A stretch of DNA of 59,980 bases from a virus (lineage: Duplodnaviria; Caudoviricetes), in IMG/VR virus record IMGVR_UViG_3300017781_000005, positions 1 to 59,980 of that record; one strand, given 5' to 3'. The position numbers were made by a program, and so were the translations under genes. Within the stretch, counting starts at the first letter, position 1. Each line of letters opens with the position of its first letter. This document shows positions 48,919-57,394 of this stretch, one piece after another. Under the pieces are notes generated by a model that made no database searches, was not told where the DNA came from, and was given only the letters and a program-made list of their open reading frames with translations.

Positions 48919-50482
48919 CGTCATCATTCGATCCCATGAGTCCAGTAAGACCTTGCCACCATCTTGATACTTTTGCTTTCAGTGTGGGGGTGACTGTGTT
49001 TGTGATCTCTTGAGGCTTGACAACCTTCGCTATCTCTAGTGATATATTAGGCACTTTCTGTGTTAACGCCATACCAACAGCAGTTTGTGCCGCTTTTGAT
49101 GCTACAATAGTACCAAATGAAGCACCTGATGTAAGAGCAGATGTGCCATTACCAATATTAACGAGTGTGCCGTCTAAATTCGTAATACCACCAGCACCTA
49201 TTCCAAGTTGGGCATTGGCATATATATCTACAGTAGAGACTGAATTGATACCTATGGGTCCTGCAGAACTAATACCAAGCCCTAATAGCGATTCAAGATT
49301 CAATGTCGTTGATGTGTTCACTCGTATTGGAGCAGGACTATATATGTCGATACCAAGATGACCTACATCTGGCACAGGAAGAAGTTGTGATGATATCGCT
49401 GGAGTACCTGTACTGTGTATTTTCGTATAAGAAATACTGTATAAGTTCGTCTTATAGGAGTCAACATGGAAGTCACCCCCATCTCCAGCTATATTACCAG
49501 GCATTAAGCACTTGAAGTACATACCACCTAGTGTCGTTAATGCTTTGAGGTTTGTATTCGCAACCATGTTAATATCATCAGCAGTCGCAAAGAGTCCAAT
49601 ACCACCACCTGATACATTGACTTTTACACCAGCATTTAGATTAATATTACGAGAGGCACGAACATTAAAGTCAGTACATTCGATATCTAATCGACCATTG
49701 ACTGTAACTTTACCTTGTTTACCTACCTTGAGAGTATAGTCTTCGTCAATCGAATTATGAGAAGAACCTCTTACATAGGTTGACTCAACACCCTGCGTTG
49801 AGTTATACTTATCACCAAAGGCTTTCACAAAGATTGTTCCATTGGGATCTATTTGAAATACAGAACCTGATGAATGGCTAATTAAGAAGTAATCTGATCC
49901 CGATCCATCTTTTCCTGATCCTAATACAATAAAGTTATCTCCATCAGAACTCTTAATCACTCTATTGTTATAGTTGTTCTGTGGCATCATAATAGGTGGC
50001 TCATCAAAGGTCTCACCATCTGCCTGAGGTATCTCTGTATTCGCAAAGACTCGTTGAGCAAGTGTCTGGCCCTGGCTAGCTCCTTCACCACCTTGATATC
50101 GATGTAGATCAGGCTTACCAAACTCATTCACTGCTTCAGGCGGTAAATAACCATCTTCGCCAGGCTCACCACTACCCGCAGGCATCTGGAGATGCTGACC
50201 AGGCAATCTTCCCATAATCATAGGCTGTTGTGCTTCATTACCATCTATAAAGAAACCAAATACCCATTCACCTACATTAGGAATGACTGGTGATTGTCCA
50301 TACGATCCATCTAATACAGTCGCCCATGGTAAGTGATCAGTAGGAACATTATCAGCATCAACTGAACTATTTCTCGGTGGATGTATACCAAACGCTCTTA
50401 CTTTCACTCTACCATTATTCGTAAGGTCATTGTTTGCTTCAACAACTCCCACGAAGTAAAGCAGATTACTAAAACCACTCAT
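48914..50482 (-). CDS. gp5: Baseplate hub/central spike gp5 without an evident lysozyme domain
   Basis: OB-fold FVGVVE..ND...GRVKVR.FG.H, LPWA and G.WVFGFF.DG..AQQP..MG motifs; H.SGS..I...G followed by beta-helix repeats. Confidence 0.88.
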   Translation of the reverse strand: MSGFSNLLYFVGVVEANNDLTNNGRVKVRAFGIHPPRNSSVDADNVPTDHLPWATVLDGSYGQSPVIPNVGEWVFGFFIDGNEAQQPMIMGRLPGQHLQMPAGSGEPGEDGYLPPEAVNEFGKPDLHRYQGGEGASQGQTLAQRVFANTEIPQADGETFDEPPIMMPQNNYNNRVIKSSDGDNFIVLGSGKDGSGSDYFLISHSSGSVFQIDPNGTIFVKAFGDKYNSTQGVESTYVRGSSHNSIDEDYTLKVGKQGKVTVNGRLDIECTDFNVRASRNINLNAGVKVNVSGGGIGLFATADDINMVANTNLKALTTLGGMYFKCLMPGNIAGDGGDFHVDSYKTNLYSISYTKIHSTGTPAISSQLLPVPDVGHLGIDIYSPAPIRVNTSTTLNLESLLGLGISSAGPIGINSVSTVDIYANAQLGIGAGGITNLDGTLVNIGNGTSALTSGASFGTIVASKAAQTAVGMALTQKVPNISLEIAKVVKPQEITNTVTPTLKAKVSRWWQGLTGLMGSNDDE

Positions 50483-50556
50483 TACTTATTCCCCATATAC
50501 AAATAGATTGTGTAAGTGATTGATATCACTAATAATATTCCAATTAAATCATTCAC
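50482..50556 (-). CDS. Small single-TM peptide (24 aa) MNDLIGILLVISITYTIYLYMGNK
   Basis: Not in the track. Its GTG start overlaps the upstream stop (GTGA), its stop overlaps the gp5 start (TAATG), and it fills the gap exactly. Confidence 0.6.
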   Translation of the reverse strand: MNDLIGILLVISITYTIYLYMGNK

Positions 50557-51884
50557 GATAAGCCACCCTTTGTTAATCGAAGAGACTGCTTATAAGTATC
50601 ACCACTAAAGCTATGGTTAATCGACATCACCATATACCTACCACTTCTCTGTGTATCAGTCTCTCTGGTACCCGCTACAGTATTACTAAACTTATATAGG
50701 TCAAGATTAATCGTCATCCCAGGATACAATTCCAACCTGCCATGTATATCCACACTAAATGAATTAAGGCCTAGATGATAATCGACCACAGGCTTCGTTG
50801 TATAGTTCTCATAGAAGTGCTGATAGGGTCGATTCTTCTCTCCTCTCACCAGGCCAATCTGCGGAAAGTCCGTTACCAGCGTAGTTTCAGGTGCTAATGC
50901 AGTAGACATATAGGCATCAAGGAACTCCTGTGAATGCGTTAGCTTTGTAGGCTGTGGAGTTTTGTAGTCCTTATACTCGCTTGTGTAGTCGTATTGGCGT
51001 GAGATGCGGGTCCTATTCACGATATCAAGTTCGGACACAGTTCTGCGGTACCCACCATCCTTCATTTCAGCAAAGGTGTCCGCCTTCTTACCATAGGACA
51101 CAGAAGATATAGACTGTTGAGCCTTCATCTGGCCTGGGCCTGTGTTGTCATTTAGAGTGCTGTAATTAAAAAAAAGCTGGTTTTTAAGTGATGCTGTTTT
51201 GACGCCCAAATCGCTGTATTTTCCGATGAGGTACTCGTGCGTACAGAAAAAATACTTCTCTCTTGTCTCAAAGAATCTATATAAAGAGGATTTAGAATTT
51301 GCGCTGTATGCTCTTCTAGATAAAAATTGCATTGCGGCATCGGGTCTTAGATTAGGTATGACTAAAGTTTGCTCTCCATCTGTATCTTCTATCTCTATCT
51401 CTTTCTTACTATTAGAATAATACTCATTAAAGAGAGTAGATACCATATCGCTGATCTTTTGTTTACCAAATGATCTTTTAATTTCTTTTGTATCGCTGTT
51501 TAGTTTATCTACCGTAGTGAAGTCAAGTGTGTATTTCATCATACGATCATTGGCTGAGTTCTCGGGAGCGATATTATCTACACAATATACAATAAAATCA
51601 TAAGATTTTGTCTCTCCATAGAAGTCTGTCACTACGATTTGTAATGATTCTTCTCCTCTAATGGGAACATCTTCTAATAGATTATTACTTTCTTGTATTG
51701 TAAGCCTGCCAGAGATATATGGACTGTCAATGCTTTCTTTCATTGTAAAATTGACCACCACCTTTGTGATGTCAATATAGTCTTGCATATTCTTTTGGCT
51801 TGGTGTTTCTTCACCTGAGAATAATGGCCGTAGTTTCACAGACCTTAGGGTGAAGAATCCAGCTTGGGCTAGCTTTCTAGTCAT
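50553..51884 (-). CDS. Baseplate hub protein (gp27-like)
   Basis: ESI.SP..SG.L...ES.NL....PI.GEE, Y.FFET, G...L.PG..I and SG.Y....I.H pattern of hub proteins; lies between gp53 and gp5. Confidence 0.75.
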   Translation of the reverse strand: MTRKLAQAGFFTLRSVKLRPLFSGEETPSQKNMQDYIDITKVVVNFTMKESIDSPYISGRLTIQESNNLLEDVPIRGEESLQIVVTDFYGETKSYDFIVYCVDNIAPENSANDRMMKYTLDFTTVDKLNSDTKEIKRSFGKQKISDMVSTLFNEYYSNSKKEIEIEDTDGEQTLVIPNLRPDAAMQFLSRRAYSANSKSSLYRFFETREKYFFCTHEYLIGKYSDLGVKTASLKNQLFFNYSTLNDNTGPGQMKAQQSISSVSYGKKADTFAEMKDGGYRRTVSELDIVNRTRISRQYDYTSEYKDYKTPQPTKLTHSQEFLDAYMSTALAPETTLVTDFPQIGLVRGEKNRPYQHFYENYTTKPVVDYHLGLNSFSVDIHGRLELYPGMTINLDLYKFSNTVAGTRETDTQRSGRYMVMSINHSFSGDTYKQSLRLTKGGLS

Positions 51885-52434
51885 TTAATACACTCGATAA
51901 TTGGTCATCAAGAAGAGGTAGAAGTGATTTATTCACAAGAACTATCGTGCGGCGGCTCTCGTTGAGAGAAAATTCATAGTCATATGTGCGGACTGGGTAG
52001 TATTCTGCTTTCTCGGTTGGCGAGGAATTGAGATATGATGCACGATTTAAAGTAATATTAGGATCGGAATGCGACTGATAGTACTCGATGTTTGCACCGA
52101 TTGTGCTATTTTTTGTCCACTCTAGTACTGCATCACCTGTTGTACCTGCTCTTTCTGCATATTGTACTTTAATATATTCATTTAATTCTTTTTCTGTCTT
52201 AGGCCATTGTGAATAAGGATCAATTATATTATTTGCGAGAAGCACTAACCAACTGTACTCGACTGAATCGTAATAATAAAACGATACATCTTCAGGCCTT
52301 TCTCCCTCTTCGACTGTATAATTCATATAGGCAAGAGCATTTTGCTCAACTAACTTATCAAGATTGGCCTTACGAGTAATATCTAGAAGAGGTGTGCCAT
52401 TAAAATCTGTAGTAGGAAATGATGAGAAATACAT
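51877..52434 (-). CDS. gp53: Baseplate wedge subunit gp53
   Basis: MYFS.FP, Y.V.EGERPE.VS..YY....W.VLL.N.I.DP...WP and YE..LNE..R.I motifs. Confidence 0.9.
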   Translation of the reverse strand: MYFSSFPTTDFNGTPLLDITRKANLDKLVEQNALAYMNYTVEEGERPEDVSFYYYDSVEYSWLVLLANNIIDPYSQWPKTEKELNEYIKVQYAERAGTTGDAVLEWTKNSTIGANIEYYQSHSDPNITLNRASYLNSSPTEKAEYYPVRTYDYEFSLNESRRTIVLVNKSLLPLLDDQLSSVLND

Positions 52435-52436
52435 GA

Positions 52437-53669
52437 TTAATTTGCCTCTAATGTAACGCCTTCAATGCCTGATGGATTTGTACCAGCGATCTGGGCATCA
52501 GTAAATCCTTGGGCTTGTAGTTCGGCTTTTGTTGTGATTCGTGTTTCTGTAGATCCATCTGGTAATGTTTTAATGATTGATACCTCATCAGAACTTCGAG
52601 TTACTGAATCAACAGGTAATTGTCCTGTAGGTAGGTCAGCGACTGTTGCATCATACTCAGGTGATTCACCATCCTGTCGATTAGGATTAAATAATGCATC
52701 TTCTATTTTCTCACTGATTGCTTCTTCTAATAAATCAGACGGCGCATTATCGTCAGCAGTATGAATAAATGCTTCATTTAATGTCATTGTAATTCTTACA
52801 GCCGATGGTCTACCACCTTTTTGTATTGCAACACCATTTGGTGTATAATCTACACTTAATTGTGAGATCATTGAAGTCTTAAATCTGAGATAATATGATT
52901 GATCGACACCCATTAAAAAGATATTTACCATCGCAGGATATCTTAATATACCACGATCTATTGCTTGCGCTCCTGTTTCAGCATTATCACCAAGAGGAGA
53001 TGTTGTTTTAGGCAGTACCATTCGTTGCAGAGTACGAATAATTGTTTTTAATTGTCGTGATTCTTCTTCACTTTCAGGTGATAATAACCACTCTAGTGAG
53101 TGTACTTTGAGGTCGACACCTTTAAATACAAGAGTCGCAAAAGGATTAATTGCTGTACCACGACCTACACCAATACCATTTCCGATATCTGGTGTAATTG
53201 ATGCTAGACCTGCTGTTGTAAGGAATCCCACACCATCTGCGAGTGTATTTGCTCCTTCAACAAGTGCGTCTTTTGCGCCTTCTGTGCCTTTAAATACACC
53301 ACTAATCGCATTATATGCGGCTGTGCCTGATTCTTTTAATTGGTCAGTGAGTGTAGCGGCCACATTTTGAGCATCTTCTGGTCGACCTGCTAATTGGGCT
53401 GCGGTAGTACCGATCAATCCAAGTTCGTCACCCCCAACATTAATTTTAAAATTGTCTTGGATTTGTTTAGGTAAAGGTAACATTATCTCAGCAAGGCGTT
53501 TTTCTTCAGAGCCTTTTGTGCCACCGTAAGTATATTCAAAGAAGCGCATTAGCGTTCCATGTGAGCCTAAGTTCTTGGGAAAAGTCATTACACTTGAAGG
53601 ACCTCTTTGCTCAACCTTTCGTCTCGCCATTGCTTCGAGTGGACTTGTTTTAAGTAATCCTTGTGTCAT
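52437..53669 (-). CDS. gp48: Baseplate tail-tube cap gp48-like
   Basis: I.LPLP..I.D, G.AINP....F.GV....H...W.L.P.S..ES and YP..........V.YTP.G motifs; divergent from gp4. Confidence 0.8.
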   Translation of the reverse strand: MTQGLLKTSPLEAMARRKVEQRGPSSVMTFPKNLGSHGTLMRFFEYTYGGTKGSEEKRLAEIMLPLPKQIQDNFKINVGGDELGLIGTTAAQLAGRPEDAQNVAATLTDQLKESGTAAYNAISGVFKGTEGAKDALVEGANTLADGVGFLTTAGLASITPDIGNGIGVGRGTAINPFATLVFKGVDLKVHSLEWLLSPESEEESRQLKTIIRTLQRMVLPKTTSPLGDNAETGAQAIDRGILRYPAMVNIFLMGVDQSYYLRFKTSMISQLSVDYTPNGVAIQKGGRPSAVRITMTLNEAFIHTADDNAPSDLLEEAISEKIEDALFNPNRQDGESPEYDATVADLPTGQLPVDSVTRSSDEVSIIKTLPDGSTETRITTKAELQAQGFTDAQIAGTNPSGIEGVTLEAN

Positions 53670-53682
53670 CTCTGAACCTTTA

Positions 53683-53690
53683 TATAAATA
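53683..53690 (+). promoter_or_regulatory. Late promoter TATAAATA for the gp4 operon
   Basis: Exact consensus 44 nt upstream of gp4. Confidence 0.85.
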
Positions 53691-53710
53691 ATAAGTTAGT
53701 CTATGTTGAT

Positions 53711-53718
53711 TATTTATA
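53711..53718 (-). promoter_or_regulatory. Late promoter TATAAATA for the gp48-gp53-gp5 operon
   Basis: Exact consensus 42 nt upstream of gp48; faces the plus-strand promoter. Confidence 0.85.
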
Positions 53719-53733
53719 TGTATTGGAGATATT

Positions 53734-54189
53734 GTGCCTAATTATTATCAGGGTCGATTTAAGCCTCGTAATCCCGAGAAGTATAAGGGTGACCCAACAA
53801 ATATAATTTATAGAAGTGGCTGGGAACTCAAGTTGATGTCTTATCTAGATAAGCATCCTCATGTGGTTAAATGGAATAGCGAAGAGATCGTTATACCTTA
53901 TCGTTCACCTATTGATGGAAAGATGCACAGATATTTTCCAGACTTTTATGTGGAACAGATAAATAGACAGAAGAAGAAAGAAAAAGTGCTAATAGAGGTG
54001 AAGCCTTATGCTCAAACAAAACCTCCAAAGGTACAAAATACTAAGAAAAATAAGCCTACTAAGCGTTATATAAATGAAGTTAAGACTTGGGGTATTAATT
54101 CAGCTAAATGGAATGCGGCTGAAGAGTTCTGTAAAGATAGAGGCTATATTTTTAAAATTATTACTGAAAATGATTTAGGTATAAAATAA
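53734..54189 (+). CDS. gp4: Head completion nuclease
   Basis: YQGRFKP.NP.KY.GD...I.YRS.WE, HRYFPDF, IEVKP..QT and N.AKW.AA motifs; GGAG RBS. Confidence 0.95.
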   Translation: MPNYYQGRFKPRNPEKYKGDPTNIIYRSGWELKLMSYLDKHPHVVKWNSEEIVIPYRSPIDGKMHRYFPDFYVEQINRQKKKEKVLIEVKPYAQTKPPKVQNTKKNKPTKRYINEVKTWGINSAKWNAAEEFCKDRGYIFKIITENDLGIK

Positions 54190-54632
54190 TGTATGATTAT
54201 AAATGTAAAGTAGTTAAGGTAGTAGATGGTGACACTGTAGATGTGGACATCGATCTGGGCTTTGGTATCTGGATGAGAAATGAAAGAGTTCGCATTATGG
54301 GCATTGACACGCCTGAATCAAGAACAAGAGATTTAGTAGAGAAGAAGTTTGGTCTAGCGGCAAAGGATCGTTTGATACAGCTACTAGGTGAGAAACCAGT
54401 ATTGCGTACACAAATCGCAAGAAATGGCGAAGATATGAAGGGTAAGTTTGGTCGTATTCTTGGTGATTTTGATGTGTATGATGCTAAGACTGACTCATGG
54501 CGACCAGTTACTAAGGTTATGATTGAAGAAGGTCATGCTGTTGATTATTATGGTGGCTCAAAAGAAGAGATTCAAGAAGCACATATGCTCAATAGACAAA
54601 GATTAATTGAAGAAGGCGTAGTAATTCTCTAA
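54189..54632 (+). CDS. Thermonuclease (SNase-like)
   Basis: VVDGDTVDV.IDLGF, RVR..GIDTPESRTRD and GKFGRILG motifs. Confidence 0.9.
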   Translation: MYDYKCKVVKVVDGDTVDVDIDLGFGIWMRNERVRIMGIDTPESRTRDLVEKKFGLAAKDRLIQLLGEKPVLRTQIARNGEDMKGKFGRILGDFDVYDAKTDSWRPVTKVMIEEGHAVDYYGGSKEEIQEAHMLNRQRLIEEGVVIL

Positions 54633-55228
54633 TGGCTGTACTCTTTGACGACATTTTAAATAAAGGCATCAGGCAGGGTAAAATACCTGCTCGTACCTCT
54701 ACAGCACGAAATTGGTATCGTGATACTGCTAAAGATTATAGGAATGTCAAAGAGAATGATTTCTTTGGTAAGAAAGGCGACAAGAATAGAATGACTTCTA
54801 TGCCTCTTGTTGGATCAATGTATATGTATGGATATACAGCAAAGACTAGAGATAAGCTACCGTATTATGATAGAATGCCTCTGATCTTTCCATATAGAAA
54901 AGTAAAGGGTGGATTCTACGGATTAAATATGCATTATTTGCCATTACCACTTCGTGCCAAGTTGATGGATGCTCTATATGAAACAGCAAATAATAAGCAG
55001 TATGACGAAACAACAAGACTAAAACTTAGCTATAAGATATTAGATGATGCCGCTAAGTTTAAAGAATTCAGACCGTGCATAAAAAGATATTTAACGAAGC
55101 AAGTACAGACTAGGTTTATGTACATATATCCATCAGAATGGGATATAGCACTATTCTTGCCAACAGAAAGATTTGTTGGAGCATCGAAAGCGACAGTCTT
55201 TGCTGATTCAAGAAGAAAAATTACATAG
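54632..55228 (+). CDS. gp2: DNA end protector protein
   Basis: G.MY...Y.AK....LPYYD..PL, GLN.HYLP...R, PC.KRYL and W..A..LPT..F motifs. Confidence 0.92.
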   Translation: MAVLFDDILNKGIRQGKIPARTSTARNWYRDTAKDYRNVKENDFFGKKGDKNRMTSMPLVGSMYMYGYTAKTRDKLPYYDRMPLIFPYRKVKGGFYGLNMHYLPLPLRAKLMDALYETANNKQYDETTRLKLSYKILDDAAKFKEFRPCIKRYLTKQVQTRFMYIYPSEWDIALFLPTERFVGASKATVFADSRRKIT

Positions 55229-55237
55229 GAATAAAAA

Positions 55238-55999
55238 ATGTCATTTAACATAGCAGACTTTAACTCAAAATTATCGCAACATGGTGGATTATCTAAAAGT
55301 AATCTATTCTTTGCTCGAATAAACATACCTCAAGCACTAATCAATGAGTTTGTAGATATACCTGTATCAAGAGATTTAGAATTTTTCTGTAAGAGTGTTA
55401 CTTTACCTGGATTCGACCTTGAAACGGCTGATGTTCAGCCTCAGGGATTTGGACCAGTTGTTCGTAGACCCCAAGGAATGAACTTTCCTGTAATGCCGTG
55501 TATCTTTTTTGTAGACTCAAATTTTGGCATTATGAAGTTCTTTCACAGATGGATGCAAGCAGTCGTAAACTACGATAGAAGTGGCGGTAACTTCGGAGCA
55601 GTAAACGGAGCATTACCATTCGAGATGGGCTACAAGAGCGAATATGCTACTACAATGGATGTTGCAGTATTCTCTCAAAATTCAAGAAGAGTTGAATATG
55701 TGTATAATTTCTCGGGCTTATATCCAGTAAATACAGGAACACAAGAGACTGATTGGTCAACTCAAGGCGAAGTTATGACTATGGCTGTAGGTTTCTCTTA
55801 TGATCAATTAAAGGTTACTGGTTCTGAATCAGGCAAAGTTGAATCAGAAAACGGATCAACAGCAGGCAGAATGCTCAGATGGTTCAACACTATTAACCAA
55901 ACAGTGAATGCGATAGAAGCGTTCAGAAAACCAACTGATATTCAAGATTCAATTAATAACCTACAGACAGTGAACACAATATATAATTCATTTAAATAA
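55238..55999 (+). CDS. gp54: Baseplate tail-tube initiator gp54-like
   Basis: Tube-fold signature FNI..F....GGL...N.F, C..V.LPG, FF..WM and YP.......W; lies between gp2 and gp26. Confidence 0.78.
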   Translation: MSFNIADFNSKLSQHGGLSKSNLFFARINIPQALINEFVDIPVSRDLEFFCKSVTLPGFDLETADVQPQGFGPVVRRPQGMNFPVMPCIFFVDSNFGIMKFFHRWMQAVVNYDRSGGNFGAVNGALPFEMGYKSEYATTMDVAVFSQNSRRVEYVYNFSGLYPVNTGTQETDWSTQGEVMTMAVGFSYDQLKVTGSESGKVESENGSTAGRMLRWFNTINQTVNAIEAFRKPTDIQDSINNLQTVNTIYNSFK

Positions 56000-56022
56000 T
56001 TCTATAATATAGGAGAAGTGAG

Positions 56023-56754
56023 ATGGCATTACCGAAGATAGACCTTCCTTTATTCGAGGTCAAATTATATTCAACGGGTGAGACAGTACAATATAGACCT
56101 TTTACAGTAAAGGAAGAAAAGGTCTTACTAATGGCTCAAGAATCTGGCGATAATAAGCAAATGATTCTGGCAATGAAACAGATTGCAGGAAATTGTTGCC
56201 CAAATATTGATATTGAAAGCATACCGATGTTTGATCTTGAATATTTGATGTTGCAGTTAAGATCAAAATCTGTGAACAATGAGATTACTTTTACTGTTCA
56301 AGATGAAGAGACTCAACAGCCGGTTGAGTTAACGCTTGATGTAGATAATATTAAGGTACATATTCCTGAAGATCATAGCAAGAAAATTGATGTATCAGAT
56401 AATGTGTATCTAATGATGAGATATCCTACACTAGAAGAAGTAGGAATGTTTCTTGAGTTAGTTAACTTAGATGGCACCGAAGAAGAAAACAATGAGAAGG
56501 CTGCCGATATTCTCTACGGAGTTATGATCTCTTGTATAGACAGTGTAGTGAATGGTGATGAAGTAGAAAAACTAAGCGAGTATACTCCAGAAGAAATACA
56601 AGAATTTGTTGATACTCTGCCTGGCGGCACTATCGAATCGTTGAAGAAATTCTTTGAGACTGTGCCTCAATTAAAATATGAAGCAAAGTATACCAACTCT
56701 GCAGGCAATGAGAAGACGATAAAACTAGAGGGAACTGAAACTTTTTTTCTCTAA
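56023..56754 (+). CDS. gp26: Baseplate hub assembly protein
   Basis: MALPKI..P, YRPF.VKEEK.LL.A.ES, FD.EY....LR.KSV and FF.T.P.L motifs; AGGAG RBS. Confidence 0.92.
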   Translation: MALPKIDLPLFEVKLYSTGETVQYRPFTVKEEKVLLMAQESGDNKQMILAMKQIAGNCCPNIDIESIPMFDLEYLMLQLRSKSVNNEITFTVQDEETQQPVELTLDVDNIKVHIPEDHSKKIDVSDNVYLMMRYPTLEEVGMFLELVNLDGTEEENNEKAADILYGVMISCIDSVVNGDEVEKLSEYTPEEIQEFVDTLPGGTIESLKKFFETVPQLKYEAKYTNSAGNEKTIKLEGTETFFL

Positions 56755-56921
56755 TGTTGAGTCATATTAGTCTGGGAGCGTACTATAAATTGATGTTCTC
56801 AATGGCTCAACATCATAAATACAGTATAAGCGACTTAGAAAATATTTTGCCTTTTGAGAGAGATTTATACGCTGAAATGTTAGTCGAGTTCATTGATGAG
56901 CAAAGTAAAAAACAACAATAA
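56754..56921 (+). CDS. gp51: Baseplate hub assembly catalyst (55 aa)
   Basis: Not in the track. MLSHISLGAYYKLMFSMAQHHKYSISDLENILPFERDLYAEMLVEFIDEQSKKQQ; TAATG overlap with gp26; QHHKYS...EN..P.ERD.Y motif. Confidence 0.88.
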   Translation: MLSHISLGAYYKLMFSMAQHHKYSISDLENILPFERDLYAEMLVEFIDEQSKKQQ

Positions 56922-56929
56922 CGGAGTAA

Positions 56930-57259
56930 ATGATGAGTGAAGAAACAAAAGCAGAAGTGTTTCACCCTGCTGATACAAACGGTGATGGAAAGGTGTCTAA
57001 AGACGAAGAGCAGTTATATCTTGAGTTTAGGCGCAAAGAATTAGAAGATGCAGATGCTATGCGTGATGCACAGCGCAACATGACATGGTTTGCTCTTGGT
57101 GGTTTGTTGTTATACCCATTCGCTGTTGTTCTAGCATCTCTTGTAGGTCTAGATCAAGCACAGAAAACATTAGGCGATATGGCACCAACATACTTTGTTG
57201 CTGTTGCTGGTATCGTAGCCGCATTCTTTGGCACACAGAACTTCGGCAAGAAGAAATAG
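56930..57259 (+). CDS. Two-TM membrane protein with an N-terminal EF-hand loop (holin-like topology)
   Basis: DTNGDGKVSKDE loop, two hydrophobic segments, basic KKK tail; GGAG RBS. Confidence 0.7.
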   Translation: MMSEETKAEVFHPADTNGDGKVSKDEEQLYLEFRRKELEDADAMRDAQRNMTWFALGGLLLYPFAVVLASLVGLDQAQKTLGDMAPTYFVAVAGIVAAFFGTQNFGKKK

Positions 57260-57268
57260 GAGTAGATT

Positions 57269-57388
57269 ATGGAAGCACCACTAGAAGCATGGAATAACTT
57301 ATCATATTTCGATGGTATAATGTTCACAGTTTGGTTGGGCATATTGTACTACGGAAAGAATTTAATCGATCAATGGTTCGGAAAATAA
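57269..57388 (+). CDS. Small single-TM protein (39 aa) MEAPLEAWNNLSYFDGIMFTVWLGILYYGKNLIDQWFGK
   Basis: Not in the track. AGGAG RBS at 57258-57262; fills the gap to the next gene. Confidence 0.7.
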   Translation: MEAPLEAWNNLSYFDGIMFTVWLGILYYGKNLIDQWFGK

Positions 57389-57394
57389 AAACAA

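Noticed and set aside
57085-57342. Track ORFs 57085-57297 (+) and 57154-57342 (-)
   Set aside because: They overlap the better-supported 109-aa and 39-aa genes, both of which have an RBS.
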